Notes: generated by a model from the letters alone, not told the origin. Shown: positions 39,518 through 51,948, numbered from the stretch's first letter. The stretch is 64,000 bases of DNA from Octopus sinensis (GCF_006345805.1 NC_043013.1:45074001-45138000); one strand, 5' to 3'. Translations and numbers: made by a program.

Positions 39518-39881
39518 ACTAGCACTATGACCCGGCGTTGCTGGGTCATAGTGCTAGTGCATGCATATACAGCTGCGTGCATGCGCACATACATGCGAGT
39601 ACTGTCCAAATCTCCGACCAATCACATACAGCTAGCTGGCATTCAATTGGCGTATCAAGTTTTGGCATTTTGATTGGGTTTTGGATAGAAAATTCACAAG
39701 AAAGTCACTTCTGTTGATTTTTTAATGGCTTTGCGGGGTGACTGGGGAAATGTAAAGATGTGCACGACCACCCCTGGATGGTTTTGAATGACCATAGAAA
39801 ATGTGAACCCTCTAACTGAAAAATTGTGGATTTGTATAAATGACACACATGCAGACATTTTGCTGTTTATATATATAGAGA
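39518..39881 (-). mobile_element. Helentron-like element, family B copy 2
   Basis: Reverse complement of 31257-31621 with intact CTAGT end. Confidence 0.7.
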
Positions 39882-41030
39882 AGATGGCCTCCAATGCCTG
39901 TTGTCGTTGTTGTATTATGAAGCCTAGCATAAATTTTCTTTGTCCACCTTTACTGTTGGTACCTTCCATTATTATTAATTCAGCAATGTTTCACCTAGCA
40001 TTATTTGTACCAATCAGCACTCTCTATATAAATTCATCAGTCAGTTGTTTTCATGCCTAATCACTTCAGTTCTGTTAAGCTCAACCAATGTGCCATTTTC
40101 AACTTCTTCATTTCCTCCAACCACTTCAGATCTCTGTTCACTGCTGTACAATGGAAGTATCAGATGTTTGCTACAAGTGAAAAGGAAAGCTATTAGAATA
40201 GAAATAAATTATCAGTCAGTTTTGGGAATGAGACTTGAGTAAAGAATTACTATAGTCTGCTGGTAAAATAATTAGATTAGCAGTAGAAGAAAAAAATCTA
40301 ATCAACTATTCAGAACTGATGTCAGGTTCAATTAAGAATTAATCAAAGATAACTCTAATTATAGAGAGACAGTTATTACTAGCTGGATTAAAAATGGCAG
40401 GAATAGTCATCTTGGAACTATGTAGTAGACTATACAACTAAAGAAGTCTATATATCTGTAAAAAATAACATATATTCATGTTTTGCTGTTTTAAATTGCT
40501 TTGGGGTCAAAACTTCCATGTTAAAGGGTTTATGGCATGCCTGACACTTGAAGAAACATTATTCCACCATATTTGTTATTGTCGATAGACATTGAGAATT
40601 TTTCATGGTAATCTACATTTGAATTACATAATTATATAATGCCATTCATCTCTGCTGAGGTCTACATTCCTCCAGGGATTATCTATTCTTACCCACTAAC
40701 TGACTCTTAATCCCATCCAGTTGACTGTCAGTCTGTCGTCTGAAGATTGTGTTACTCACATGTTGCATAACATAAATACTTTTTGCATTATAGTGCTTCA
40801 AGCATCTTATGTTACTTCTTCCTTTCTTGTGTGTGGCCATAACCTCTATGCACATTGCTGTTGTTTAACCCCAAGGTTATCTCTGAATGAGCAAATCTAT
40901 CATCAAAGGCATTCCAGCTGTGACTATCCCACGTATTTTCTTCAGATTGTATTGTTCATGGTATTTCTAGCTCTTAAGACTGTAGGGTGTGATTCAAAAT
41001 CTTTTTCATTGCATTATTGCTTATCACTAT

Positions 41031-41490
41031 AAGGTGGCGAGTTGGCAGAATTGTTAGCACACTGGATTAAATGCTTGGCGGTATTTCGCCCATTACGGCG
41101 GCAAGCTGGCAGAAACGTTAGCACACCGGGCGAAATGCTTATCGGTATTTTGTCAGCCGCTACATTCTGAGTTCAAATTCCGCCGAGGTCGACTTTGCCT
41201 TTCATCCTTTCGGGGTTGATTAAATAAGTACCAGTTATGCACTGGGGTCGATATAATCGACTTAATCCGTTTGTCTGTCTTTGTTTGTCCTCTCTGTGTT
41301 TAGCCCTTTGTGGGTAGTAAAGAAATAGGTATTTCGCCCATTGCTATGTTCTGAGTTCAAATTCCACCAAGGTCAACTTTACCTTTCATCCTTTTGGGGT
41401 CGATAAATTAAGTATCAGTTGAGTACTGGGGTTAATCGACTATCCTCCTTCCCCAAATTTCAGACCTCGTGCCTATAATAGAAAAGGATT
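41031..41490 (+). mobile_element. SINE family M nested inside an older family M copy
   Basis: Inner copy 41095-41327 with 15-bp TSD GGTATTTCGCCCATT. Confidence 0.85.
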
Positions 41491-42736
41491 ATTATCACTG
41501 TATCTGTTTTGGTGTCTGCCTTCTGATTTGACAAGTAATGTCACCTTTTATAAGATAATAAAAACAACTTAATAATACTGAATGTAGAGAAAAATAGATT
41601 TATTCACTATCTCAGCTTTAAGAAGCTCTAGTCAAGAACTTTAAAATAAAATTCAAACAGCCATGACCATTTGCATAGTAATGTAACAAGGGTGGCTAAA
41701 GGTGTGAAAATGAAATCATTGGAGACTAAATCCATCATTTCGTTTTGCACCACCACATGTCTCTTAAAGTGTGATTTCTTTCTCTTTCTTTCCCCATCTT
41801 GAAGGATCTTGCAAAACAGTTATAGGTGTTGCGCTTGTTCCTGTCAACTATAAAAATAAGTTTAACCCTTCAGCGTTCAAACTGGCCATATCCAGGCCTA
41901 AATATTCTACTTTCTTTATGTTGAAACTAGCCAGATCCAGCATCTCTCACCTATCCTTCAAAACTTCCATGCTTCCTGAGATTCGCCAACACTACACCTG
42001 ATTTTCTCCCGTCCATACACACGCAAGCATATATCTGACTCATACACTGTTTACTTTCCAGACATTTGTACATTACTGCATATGCTTTATACGCACTTTT
42101 GACAAGTTGTGCACCTGAGCACTGTATACAATAATTTCATTATTATTATTATTAGTTTACTGAAAGGTGGGTAAATGTCGCAAGAATGGCCAGTATAAAT
42201 GGACCAATTCTGAGGATACACCTGTAGTATAAAAAGGTATTATAAAAGGAGAAAGGGGCTCTTTACCCCCATTTTGACCAGGCTCCTGTGGCTTTTATGG
42301 GTTTTTCCACGAGTAACCTTTCGAAGTGCCTCCCCCTATAGGGAATTTCAATTGTTATATTTCCGTTGTTATCTCTGGAATTTTTACACGGTTTTTTGCA
42401 AACGGACAAAACCCTTTGTAACTTTCGTCCTGTGTTTTGTCCCTTTTTGTTTTAATTAATTTTTGTCAGCCTTTGTGGCCAATAAACGAATTAATTATTA
42501 TTATTATTATTATCTTACAACGTCCTCCTAAAAATAAGCAGTCACATGATGAAAATCTCAGATTTACAAGATAGTACACGATTAATTGAAAACAAAGTGA
42601 ATAAATAAGAATTACATTTGACAGAATAATCTGAATGCTAAAAGGTTAACCTTTTCTAACACCCAAGAAACTTGTGACAATTGTGAATTTGTAGTTGCAG
42701 CTTCAATTACACTAAAATCTGGTTTGATATTTGCAT

Positions 42737-43284
42737 TGTTGAGGCAAGTGAAATCAAAATCAAAATCATTTCGATGACTGGCATCCGTGCTAGCGGGGTG
42801 CAAAGAGCACCATACGAGTGTGATCATTGACAGAGCGGCTATTCAAGTATGATTGTTACCAGCGTCGCCTTACTGGCACTTATGCCTGTGCTAGTAGGGT
42901 GCCAAAAACACCATCCGAGCGTGATCGTTGTGATCTTTGCCAGAGCAGCCGACTGGCTTCTGTACCTGTGGCACGTAAAAGGGCACCATTCAAGCGTGAT
43001 TATTACCAACGTCGCTTCACTGGCACCTGTGTCGGTGGCACATGTAAAAAGATTTGAGCGAGGTCATTGCCAGTACCGCCTGACTGGCCCCCGTGCCGGT
43101 GGCATGTAAAAGCACCCACTACATTCTTGGAGTGATTGGTGTTAGGAAGGGCATCCAGCTGTAGAAACTCTGCTAGATCAAGACTGGAGCCTGGTGCAGC
43201 CATCTGGCTTGCCAGTCCTCAGTCAAAACCGTCCAACCCATGCTAGCATGGAAAACGGACGTTAAGTGATGATGATGATGATGA
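42737..43284 (+). mobile_element. (ATG)n-tailed repeat, longest copy (interpreted as RTE 3' UTR)
   Basis: Begins TGTTGAGGCAAGTGAAATCAAAATC...GATGACTGG, as at 5060-5110 of the LINE. Internal ~62-66-bp tandem units, GGAAGGGCATCCAGCTG block, (GAT)n tail. Other copies at ~5545-5690(-), 7495-7900, 15430-15730, 19400-19765, 21045-21145, 22400-22720, 23530-23850, 34775-35130(-), 35990-36475(-), 37720-37940, 49310-49710. Confidence 0.75.
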
Positions 43285-43863
43285 TTGTTATTGCAGAACT
43301 AGAGGAGAATCAAATAAGAAAGGATGTTAGAGAAGGGATAGATGTAAGGCTGCTATTGTCTACAGGAGTTCTAACCAAAACAACAGCAGACACCAATGGA
43401 ACTAGGATTAGCTGTTGGTGTCTTCACACTCTAATGACAGTTTGCTACAAGTGCAAAGAACCTATCATTTTTTCTGGAAGGAAGTTACCACGAAAATCTC
43501 ATAAAACTGGTCCCCCTCTTCATCGCAATTCATATTATTTATGGAATGTAACTATTTCAATAACTATTATATATGCCTAACAATAGCCTAATCAATACTA
43601 TACTGTCAGTCTGTTCAGTTACATTAATTGTACTTTCTGCTTGTCTTGTTGTTGAATGTATATGTCTTTATTGAGTTTGCACATACTCATTCCATACGGT
43701 CAATTTCTTGCTTCCAATATACAATAAGTTATATATGTACTAAAGTTTTCTACAATTTGATCCTTTTCACTTCATAGATATATCAATGTTAGCTGCAGTA
43801 TAGTATTAGTAGAACCAGCACTATTAATATTACCTGCGGCAATGTCAATTACTTACTCTTTAA

Positions 43864-44240
43864 TAGGCGTAGGAGTGGCTGTGTGGTAAGTAGCTTGCTT
43901 ACGAACCACATGGTTCCGGGTTTAGTCCCACTGCGTGGCACCTTAGGCAAGTGTCTTCTACTATAGCCTTGGGTCGACTAAAGCCTTGTGAGTGGATTTG
44001 GTAGACGGAAACTGAAAGAAGCCTGTCGTATATATGTGTGTGTCTGTGTTTGTCCCCCCCGACATCGTTTGACAACCGATGCTGGTGTGTTTACATCCCC
44101 GTAACTTAGCTGTTCAGCAAAGAGACCGATAGAATAAGTACTAGGCTTACAAAGAATAAGTCCTGGGGTCGATTTGCTTGACTAAAGGCGGTGCTCCAGC
44201 ATGGCTACAGTCACATGACTGAAACAAGTAAAAGAGTAAA
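43864..44240 (+). mobile_element. SINE family C
   Basis: Full-length match. Confidence 0.85.
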
Positions 44241-44501
44241 GGCAGTGAGATGGCAGAATCATTAAGACACCAGACAAAATGCTTAGTGGCATTTCATCCA
44301 TCTTTACATTCTGAGTTCAAATTATGCTGAGATCGACTTTGCCGTTCATCCCTTTGAGGGTTGATAAAATATGTACCAGTTGAGCACTGGGGTTGATGTA
44401 ATTGACTTACTTCCTCCCCTGAACTTGCTGGCCTTGTGCCAAAATTTGAAATTCAGTATTACCCGAACTTAAAATGTTAGTAGATACATCAGTACTTATG
44501 T

Positions 44502-44790
44502 GTCGTTTGTTCCTTGTTGAGCCATGTCTGGCTCACAAGGGCCGGTTTCCTTGACGTATAAGTTCCCCACCTGGACGGGACGCCGGTCCCTCGCAGGTGA
44601 GCTGCAGGAGGAAAGAGTGAGAAAAAGTTGTGGTGAAAGAGTCAGCAGAAGTTCGCCATTACCTTCTGCCGGAGCCACGTGGAGCTTAGGTGTTTCACTC
44701 ATAAACACACACATCGCCCGGTCTGAGATTCGAACCCGCGATCCCTTGACCGTGAGTTCGCTGCTCTAACCACTAGGCCATGTGCCTCCA
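44502..44790 (-). mobile_element. tRNA-derived SINE with family-N-like head but a different 3' half
   Basis: Head and AAGCTCCACG...CACCACAACTTT(T/C)TCTCACTC shared with family N, distinct tail; 12-bp TSD CAGTACTTATGT. Confidence 0.8.
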
Positions 44791-44915
44791 CAGTACTTAT
44801 GTACCCTTCATTAAAAAGGGTTGTGGAAACAATAAAATTAATATTATCTTGACTAAAAAGTAAAAGTTTGTGCCAGACTGAATGATTTGCAGTAATTAAT
44901 TTCGTCCCTCCAGAT

Positions 44916-45214
44916 CAGTGGTTCTCAACCATTTTTTACCTATGGACCCAATTGATTACTATTTTATTCTGGTGGATCCCCATAGACATTCGATGTTTAA
45001 AAACTAGTTTTATAGATGCTTTTTTCAAAATTCCTGTTTTGTTTTTCACACATTGGCTTGTGGAGGTTGAACCATGTAAAACATTAGAGAGAGAAGCCTA
45101 GCTGTTTCTGGTAATAAATACATTGAAAGCAACACTTTTCATGGACCCTTAAAATACTACTGTGGATCCTCAATTTACTATTTGGTTTGTATGGACCCCA
45201 GTTGAGAACCGCTG
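44916..45214. mobile_element. hAT (Charlie-like) MITE
   Basis: CAGTGGTTCTCAAC...GTTGAGAACCGCTG; 8-bp TSD CTCCAGAT/CTTTAGAT. Confidence 0.8.
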
Positions 45215-45370
45215 CTTTAGATTCTGTGTTCTAATCCTGCTAATCTTAACATAGCCTTTCATCTCTTCAAATGTATAAAACAAGTGCCAGATGTACACTG
45301 GGGTTGATCCAGTCGACTATGAGGGGATACTGAAAAGTTCCTGGTTTTAGGTAAAAGAAAATAAAGGAGG

Positions 45371-45538
45371 CAATCAATTGCAGCGTGGAAGGTGTTTGTA
45401 AGCCATTTAAGAAACATACAAAAGCCGTTTGATTCACTTCAACATTTAAGTTTAATTTGTCAAAATATTTTCGTCGCTTTAAGACCGCGACCTGTTCACT
45501 GACAAAAATCCGTGCTATGCAAGTACATCTCCGTAATA
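45371..45538 (-). mobile_element. Short Penelope-type element nested in a mariner MITE
   Basis: Same family as 61471-61735 (shared CAATTGCAGCGTGGAAGG... and GCTATGCAAGTACATCTCCGTAA end). 13-bp duplication AAAATA[A/C]AGGAGG at 45358-45370 / 45539-45551. Confidence 0.65.
45456..45506 (-). ncRNA. Minimal type I hammerhead-like motif with G3:C8 swapped core
   Basis: TTTGTCA-GTGAACA-G-GTCGC(9 nt)GCGAC-GAA-AATATT-T-TGACAAA: 7-bp stem I, 5-bp stem II, palindromic stem III. Confidence 0.6.
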
Positions 45539-46070
45539 AAAATACAGGAGGATCGGTTAATTAAGATTTTACTCAGCATATTCCCCTCTCAGAGTCACAC
45601 ACTTATTGCAGTGGTCCTTCAGTTTTTGTAAGCCCTGAAAAAAGAACTCAGAACTTTGGGCCTCCAACCAGGCCTTTCACAATACCGTTAAAGCTAGGAA
45701 CTTGTCAGTACCCCGCCCCTGTACATTCTTCTCTTAACAGTAAAAAGAAAAAAAAGAAAAAGAAAATCCCTCTTGTGCTTGCTTTAAAGAAACCAGTATT
45801 AGGTACACTACATTACATAAACTCAAGAGTAATGATGACTCATGGAAAGAGGTGAATTCATGCATGTCACAGGTTATGCAGTCATTAACCATGTAAATAA
45901 CATCTGTTAATCCTGCTCTGCCTACCTTTAACATGTGCAGTAGGGTGGAATGGGGTTGTGTTTAATATTATCAGAACTCTCTAGACTAGCTTTACATCAG
46001 TTTATAATTCAGTGAGTACAGTTTGCTAGATGCAGTTTGGTGAAAGGGGTAGGGGGAAAATAGTGAAGGA

Positions 46071-46112
<42 letters not shown>

Positions 46113-46734
46113 AGGAGGTGATTGTGTAGCACAGAGGTAGTGGTGGTGGTGGTGGTGGGGTCGTTGAAACCTGGCGGCTTCAAGACAACTGTAGTTTTTC
46201 TTCTCTCTATTCTCTAAGCCAGAGCCAATACTCAATGTTATCTTCCATAAAGACAATGTCCACATGATTCCTACTCTCTAAGCCAGAGAAATAGGCCAGC
46301 AGTCAGTCAACAGTGAAGATTTACTTACTGTAGTACATATTTTATATTTAGATTGTTAGGCAGCCATTGTATTTTAATTTTTCCCTCTCTCTCTCTCTCT
46401 CTCGTCCCTCCTCTCCCCCTCTCCTCTTCATCTTCACTTCTTTTTCTATTTTATTCATTTTTACTTTTCTTTCCATTTCAGCTGGTTTAGGTCATGTGCC
46501 AAAACCATTAATTGGAACAGGCCTCATTTTTATATAGATTATATTGATCACTCATCAGACTGTTTCACATCCACTTTACCATATTGGCATGGGTCAGCTG
46601 ACTCTGCAGATATTGCTGCTCTCCAGCTGTTCCTCATATAACTTGCACTGTTTAACATAGAAGATTTAATTGATGTGTGATTGTATACATACATGTGCAC
46701 ATGCACACACACACTCATACGCTCTCACACATAC

Positions 46735-47032
46735 TTATTCTTTGGAAGACTAGTACTTATTCTATCGGCCTCTTTTGCCGAACAGCTAAGTTATGTGGAT
46801 GTAAACACACCAGCATCGGTTGTCAAGCGATGTTGGGGAGGACAAACACACACATGTATACATATACACGACGGGCTTCTTTCAGTTTCCGTCTACCAAA
46901 TCCACTCACAAGGCTTTGGTCGGCCCGAGGCTATAGTAGAAGACACTTGCCCAAGGAGCCACGCAGTGGGACTGAACCCGGAACCATGTGGTTGGTAAGC
47001 AAGCTACTTACCACACAGCCACACCAGCGCCT
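46735..47032 (-). mobile_element. SINE family C (3' truncated)
   Basis: Reverse-complement match. Confidence 0.8.
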
Positions 47033-48095
47033 ATATATATATATATATATTTATTCTTTTACGCACACACATAGCCTTTCACTCTGTCTCTGCTAACTTA
47101 CATTCAGGGAGAAGAGAAACTGAAGTAGTGACTTAATCCCTGTCTCCCAGGGGTACGCAAGGCTACATAAGTGAAATATGTTGGCTGGGAGTTTGTTGTC
47201 TCACAACATATATTCCCCCCCAACTGACTGATTACTTTAGGAATATAACATCTGGAAATAAACTTCATAAAATTTATCTTTCTATTTAATCTTACTTATC
47301 AATGAACGTTCTTGTGTACTTGTAATACACACACACACACACACACACACGCATGCACATGCCAGCATGGAAAGCGGACATTAAATGATGATGATGATGA
47401 TGATTCTTTGTATAAGAGATTAGCTATAAAGTTGTTATATCCTACTGCATAGATAATAGTCCTGAAGTATTTTGCGTGAGCGTGTGTGTGTGTTTGGTCG
47501 TTTGTTTTACATCTGAATTCCTATGGTGGCAGAGGTTGGATGGATACTTATTTCAGACAGTATTTTATAGCTGGAAGCTCTTCTTGTCACCGGCCTTTAC
47601 CTGTTTTACAAGAAAGATTTCTTTTTTTTCTTTTCTTTTTTTTTTTTTTTTTTTGGTGTGCGTGATGTAAATTTGATTGGGAATGTAAATGACAAACTAG
47701 TTTTAGTTCAGACAATCCCATGCAGGAAAAGTGGAAATCTGAATTGCATACAGACACACAGATCAAAAGATAGTCTTGATTGCACATATCAAGTTTCTAC
47801 ATTTGGATGCCCTTCTTAACACTAACACACATGCACACGCACACACACCCCATGTATGCATGCCAACACACACCTACACATGTTTAGGTTAAAGCATGAC
47901 TGAATAGTTAACAAGTCTGCTTTGCAACGATGTGATTTCAGGTTCAGTCTCGTTGTGGGGCAATGGGCAAGTGCCTCTTGCTAAAGCCCTGGGTTGACTG
48001 ATGCTTTGTGAGTGAATCTGATAGTGAAAACTGTACCATGCCCAGCATGGCCGCAATCAAATGACTGAAACAAGTAAAGGAATAAATATATATAT

Positions 48096-48405
48096 AGGCG
48101 CTGGTGTGGCTGTGTGGTAAGTAGCTTGCTTATGAACCACATGGTTCCGGGTTCAGTCCCACTGCGTGGCACCTTGGGCAAGTGTCTTCTACTATAGCCT
48201 TGGGCCGACCAAAGCCTTGTGAGTGGATTTGGGAGACGGAAACTGAAAGAAGCCCGTCATGTATATGTATATATGTGTGTCTGTGTTTGTCCCCGCCAAC
48301 ATCGCTTGACAACCGATGCTGGTGTGTTTACATCCCCATAACTTAGCTGTTCGGCAAAAGAGGCCGATAGAATAAGTACTAGTCTTCCAAAGAATAAGTC
48401 CTGGG
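48096..48405 (+). mobile_element. SINE family C (3' truncated)
   Basis: Match to family C; a detached tail fragment lies just upstream at 48040-48080. Confidence 0.8.
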
Positions 48406-48726
48406 GCAATAAACTGTGTGATAGGTGGTTTCTGATTTGTTGTTTCTGTTACCGAAATGCATGCGGAATTTGAATTTTAAAATAGGTCTTTATCCTTGAG
48501 GTTAAGTAGTGCAATAGAAAAGAAGTTTGGAGAATTAAGTGAAAAGAAATGTCATCTGTTTTACAGTTTTACATTAATGGTTGGAATATTATTAGTGAGT
48601 GTTGATATGACACTTTGTGCTTTGTGACACTTATTGTTTACCTCAAATAGATCTTGTGAGAATATAAATTGGCATTTCACAAATTTTCTGCTTTTCTAGT
48701 AACCACCCTGTGTGTGTGTGTTTGTT

Positions 48727-48774
<48 letters not shown>

Positions 48775-48955
48775 CATACATATAGACACACACACACATA
48801 CATATATATATACACACACACACACATATATATATAGAGAGAGAGAGAAACACACACACACACTTATAAATATATATATATATAGACACACACATATATA
48901 TAGAGAGATACACATATATAGACACATATATACAAAAAATATATGTATACAGACA

Positions 48956-49203
48956 CAGTGTGGTGCAAAAGTAGGTATACAGTTATGAAAAAAGAAAACG
49001 TACAATACTCATTTATTTTTATCAAAAAAATAAAAGTTTCAATTTGATAAAAGTATTATTATAGTTACGATAAATGTATTATGATTAATGACACTGAAAA
49101 TATAATAAATGAGGTTAACTAATTTAATGTGCTAATAGAATTAATGAATTAGGTATTCTAACATTGGTGTGATACTTACTGTATACCTACTTGGGGCCCC
49201 CTG
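48956..49203. mobile_element. Tc1-type MITE
   Basis: CAGTG...AAGTAGGTATACAGT / ACTGTATACCTACTT...CTG|TA inverted ends. Confidence 0.6.
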
Positions 49204-49209
49204 TATGTA

Positions 49210-49248
<39 letters not shown>

Positions 49249-49714
49249 AATGACAAACTCTCCTCTTGGTTTCGACATATGAGGCTCCAACAACATACTC
49301 TTTCTTTGTCAGTCATAATTGTAGTTGTGATACCAGTGCCGGTGGCACGTAAGAGAACCATCCAAACGTGGCCGTTGCCAACACCACTCTGACTGGCCTC
49401 TGTGCCGGTGGCACATAAAAAGCACCATCCGATCGTGGCCGTTGCCAGCCCCATCTGGCCTCTGTGCCGGTGGCACATAAAAAGCACCATCCGATCGTGG
49501 TCATTGCCAGCCTCGTCTGGCATCTGTGCCGGTGGCATGTAAAAAGCACCTACTACACTCACGGAGTGGTTGGCGTTAGGAAGGGCATCCAGCTGTAGAA
49601 ACACTGCCAGATCAGACTGGGCCTGGTGCAGCCTTCTGGCTTCCCAGACCCCAGTTGAACTGTCCAACCCATGCTAGCATGGAAAACGGACGTTAAACGA
49701 TGATGATGAATTCT

Positions 49715-50345
49715 TATGTTGAATGTGACATTTAAGTCCCGCCAACGATTTGCAAAGAAGGCCACAGATGTTGCAAGTATGAGGATAACCAGTCAGTGCA
49801 GGTGGTATATTTGCAGCCACTTTTCTCCCTTGCTTTGCACCCTGAAGCCTGTTAATACTGGTTCCAACAAAGCTTTTAACACCATTTTGACACAACGATG
49901 TTTGTTCGTTCCAAGGCTGTTCACTCAAAGGTGTTGTGAGCTGTCTCCATTTCTAAGGGGTCACTCATCAGCTTGTCCTTATATCTGAGCCATGGTCAAC
50001 CAACATTCCTCTGCCCACTGTCAAGCTGGTTGTACATGAGGACTTTGGGTATTCTTGTGTCACTCATTCTGACAATATGGCCAGCCCAGCGCAATTGTGA
50101 TTGTATAAGGAAACTCTCAATTCCATCAATCTTACATTTGCTAAACAAGTTGGCATTAGAAACTCTGTCTTTTAGTGAATAACCACAGATTGTCATTAGA
50201 TAGTCTTTTTGCAGATGATGCTGCACTAGTAGCGACCTCCTTAGAGGAAGCTCAGGAACTTCTAGACCATTTTTCTGCTGCATGTAAAGCTTCTTGGTTT
50301 GACCATCAGCATAAAGAGGATGGAAGTAATCCACCAACCTTGCCC
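49715..50345 (-). mobile_element. BovB-like RTE LINE fragment with inverted 5' segment
   Basis: Minus strand 49715-50205: QLRWAGHIVRMSDTRIPKVLMY and C-terminal CNICGLLCKSLAGLKCH. Plus strand 50206-50345: FADDAALVATSLEEAQELLDHFSAACKA/GLTISIKRMEVIHQP. Confidence 0.8.
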
Positions 50346-50390
50346 TACTCCTAAACAAATATATATATATGTATATTTTCTCTCCTTGAT

Positions 50391-50428
50391 TCTTTCTGTG
50401 GAAGAGCGTAGGCTCGAAATGTTAAAGA
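50391..50428 (+). ncRNA. Hammerhead-like motif, A6U variant (family also at 15280, 19936, 21548)
   Basis: TCTTT-CTGTGGA-A-GAGC(GTAG)GCTC-GAA-ATGT-T-AAAGA. Four-copy consensus CTTT-CTGTNGA-A-GAGC-GTAG-GCTC-GAA-ACGT-A-AAAG. Confidence 0.5.
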
Positions 50429-50805
50429 CTTTTTCACTTCCCGAGTATTAAGCTAATACATCTGTTTGTTGTCTACACCACCTGTCTTCGTCTTTTGTTT
50501 TTTTGTGAATTCTTCCTATATATATGAGAGAGAGAGCTTACAGTTGTGTTAAGGTAGATCAACAAAAAAAGTACTCTATCCAATGAGAGATAAATATCAT
50601 TTAATGTACACAGTATTTAAGATAAGCGCTGCTAATAGTTTCTTAGAATAGAGACACTGAGATTAGGCAGATTTGTATAACATGTAAATACAGTGTACAA
50701 AATTATTTGCGTGTGTGTGTATGTATACATATTTGTATATCTTTAGCATCTGCTTTCCATGCTGATGTGTCTTGGTTTCTATGGCTGGATGCCCTTTCTA
50801 ATACC

Positions 50806-51038
50806 TATTTCTTTACTACCCACAAGGGGCTAAACACAGAGAGGACAAACAAGGACGGACAAAGTGATTAAGTCGATTACATCGACTCCAGTGCGTAACT
50901 GGTACTTAATTTATCGACCCCGAAAGGATGAAATGCAAAGTCAACCTTGGCGGGATTTGAACTGAGAACTTAGCGGCAGACGAAATATCGCTAAGCATTT
51001 CACCTGGTGTGCTAATGTTTCTGCCAGCTTGCCGCCTT
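50806..51038 (-). mobile_element. SINE family M inserted in an RTE 3' UTR
   Basis: Reverse-complement match; splits GGATGCCC.../...CCAACCACTCC. Confidence 0.8.
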
Positions 51039-51044
51039 AAACCA

Positions 51045-51295
51045 TCCAACCACTCCAAGAGTGTAGTAGGTGTCTTTCACATACCACTGGCACCAGCCAT
51101 AACTATGATTTCATGTGGGGCTTGCCAAGTCTTTTCAGGAACAGCAAATCACCTAAGGTCTCAATCACTTGTCATTGCCTCTGTGACGCCCAACATTCAA
51201 AGATTGTGCTTCCCCATCCCATCCCATGTATTCCTGTGTCTACTTCTTCCACAGGCTCCCTCCACAGTTACAGACCAGCACTTCTTTATGTCCAT
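51045..51295 (-). mobile_element. RTE LINE 3' end (RT C-terminus joined to a short 3' UTR); continues at 50745-50805
   Basis: Reverse-strand match to 4790-4965 of the RTE copy, running straight into CACTACACTCTTGGAGTGGTTGG. Interrupted by a SINE at 50806-51038. Confidence 0.7.
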
Positions 51296-51359
51296 GTGCA
51301 TCTTGACAAACATGTATGCATACATGCACACACATACACACAGAGGCAGGCCAGCCTGC

Positions 51360-51914
51360 CTATCTATCTCTATATCTATCTATCTATCTATCTATATCTA
51401 TCTATCTCTCTATATATATATATCTATATATCTATATCTATCTATCTATCTCTATATATATATCTATATATCTATATCTATCTATCTATCTATATATCTA
51501 TATCTATCTATCTCTCTCTATATATATATATCTATAGATCTAATCTATCTATATATATATATATATATCTATCTATCTATCTATATATATCTATATAATA
51601 ATATATCTATATATCTATATTCTATCTATCTCTATCTATATATATATATATATATCTATATCTATATCTATATATTATCTATATCATATCTATATTATCT
51701 ATATATCTATATCTATCTATCTATCTATATATATTAGTATATATATATATATATATATATATCTATATCTATATCTATCTATCTCTATCTATATCTATCT
51801 ATCTCTATCTATCTATATCTATCATCTCTATCTATCTATATCTATCTATCTATCTCTATATCTGTCTATATCTATCTATCTATATATATATATATATTAT
51901 GTATGTATGTATGT

Positions 51915-51948
<34 letters not shown>

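Larger units (their letters stand above)
45320..45721. mobile_element. mariner-type MITE hosting the 45371 element
   Basis: TA|TGAGGGGATACTGAAAAGTTCCT ... AGGAACTTGTCAGTACCCC..|TA. Confidence 0.7.

Noticed and set aside
42180-42515. Solo LTR
   Set aside because: It has TATA-like and AATAAA motifs but no clear TG...CA ends or TSD, and is single-copy here.
49330-49560. CRISPR-like repeat-spacer array
   Set aside because: The units are whole tandem repeats with related rather than unique spacers, within a eukaryotic retroelement.
51009-51737. 242-aa ORF and other long ORFs rich in YI/HT/CV/LS
   Set aside because: These are translations of microsatellites or SINE/LINE UTRs, not proteins.
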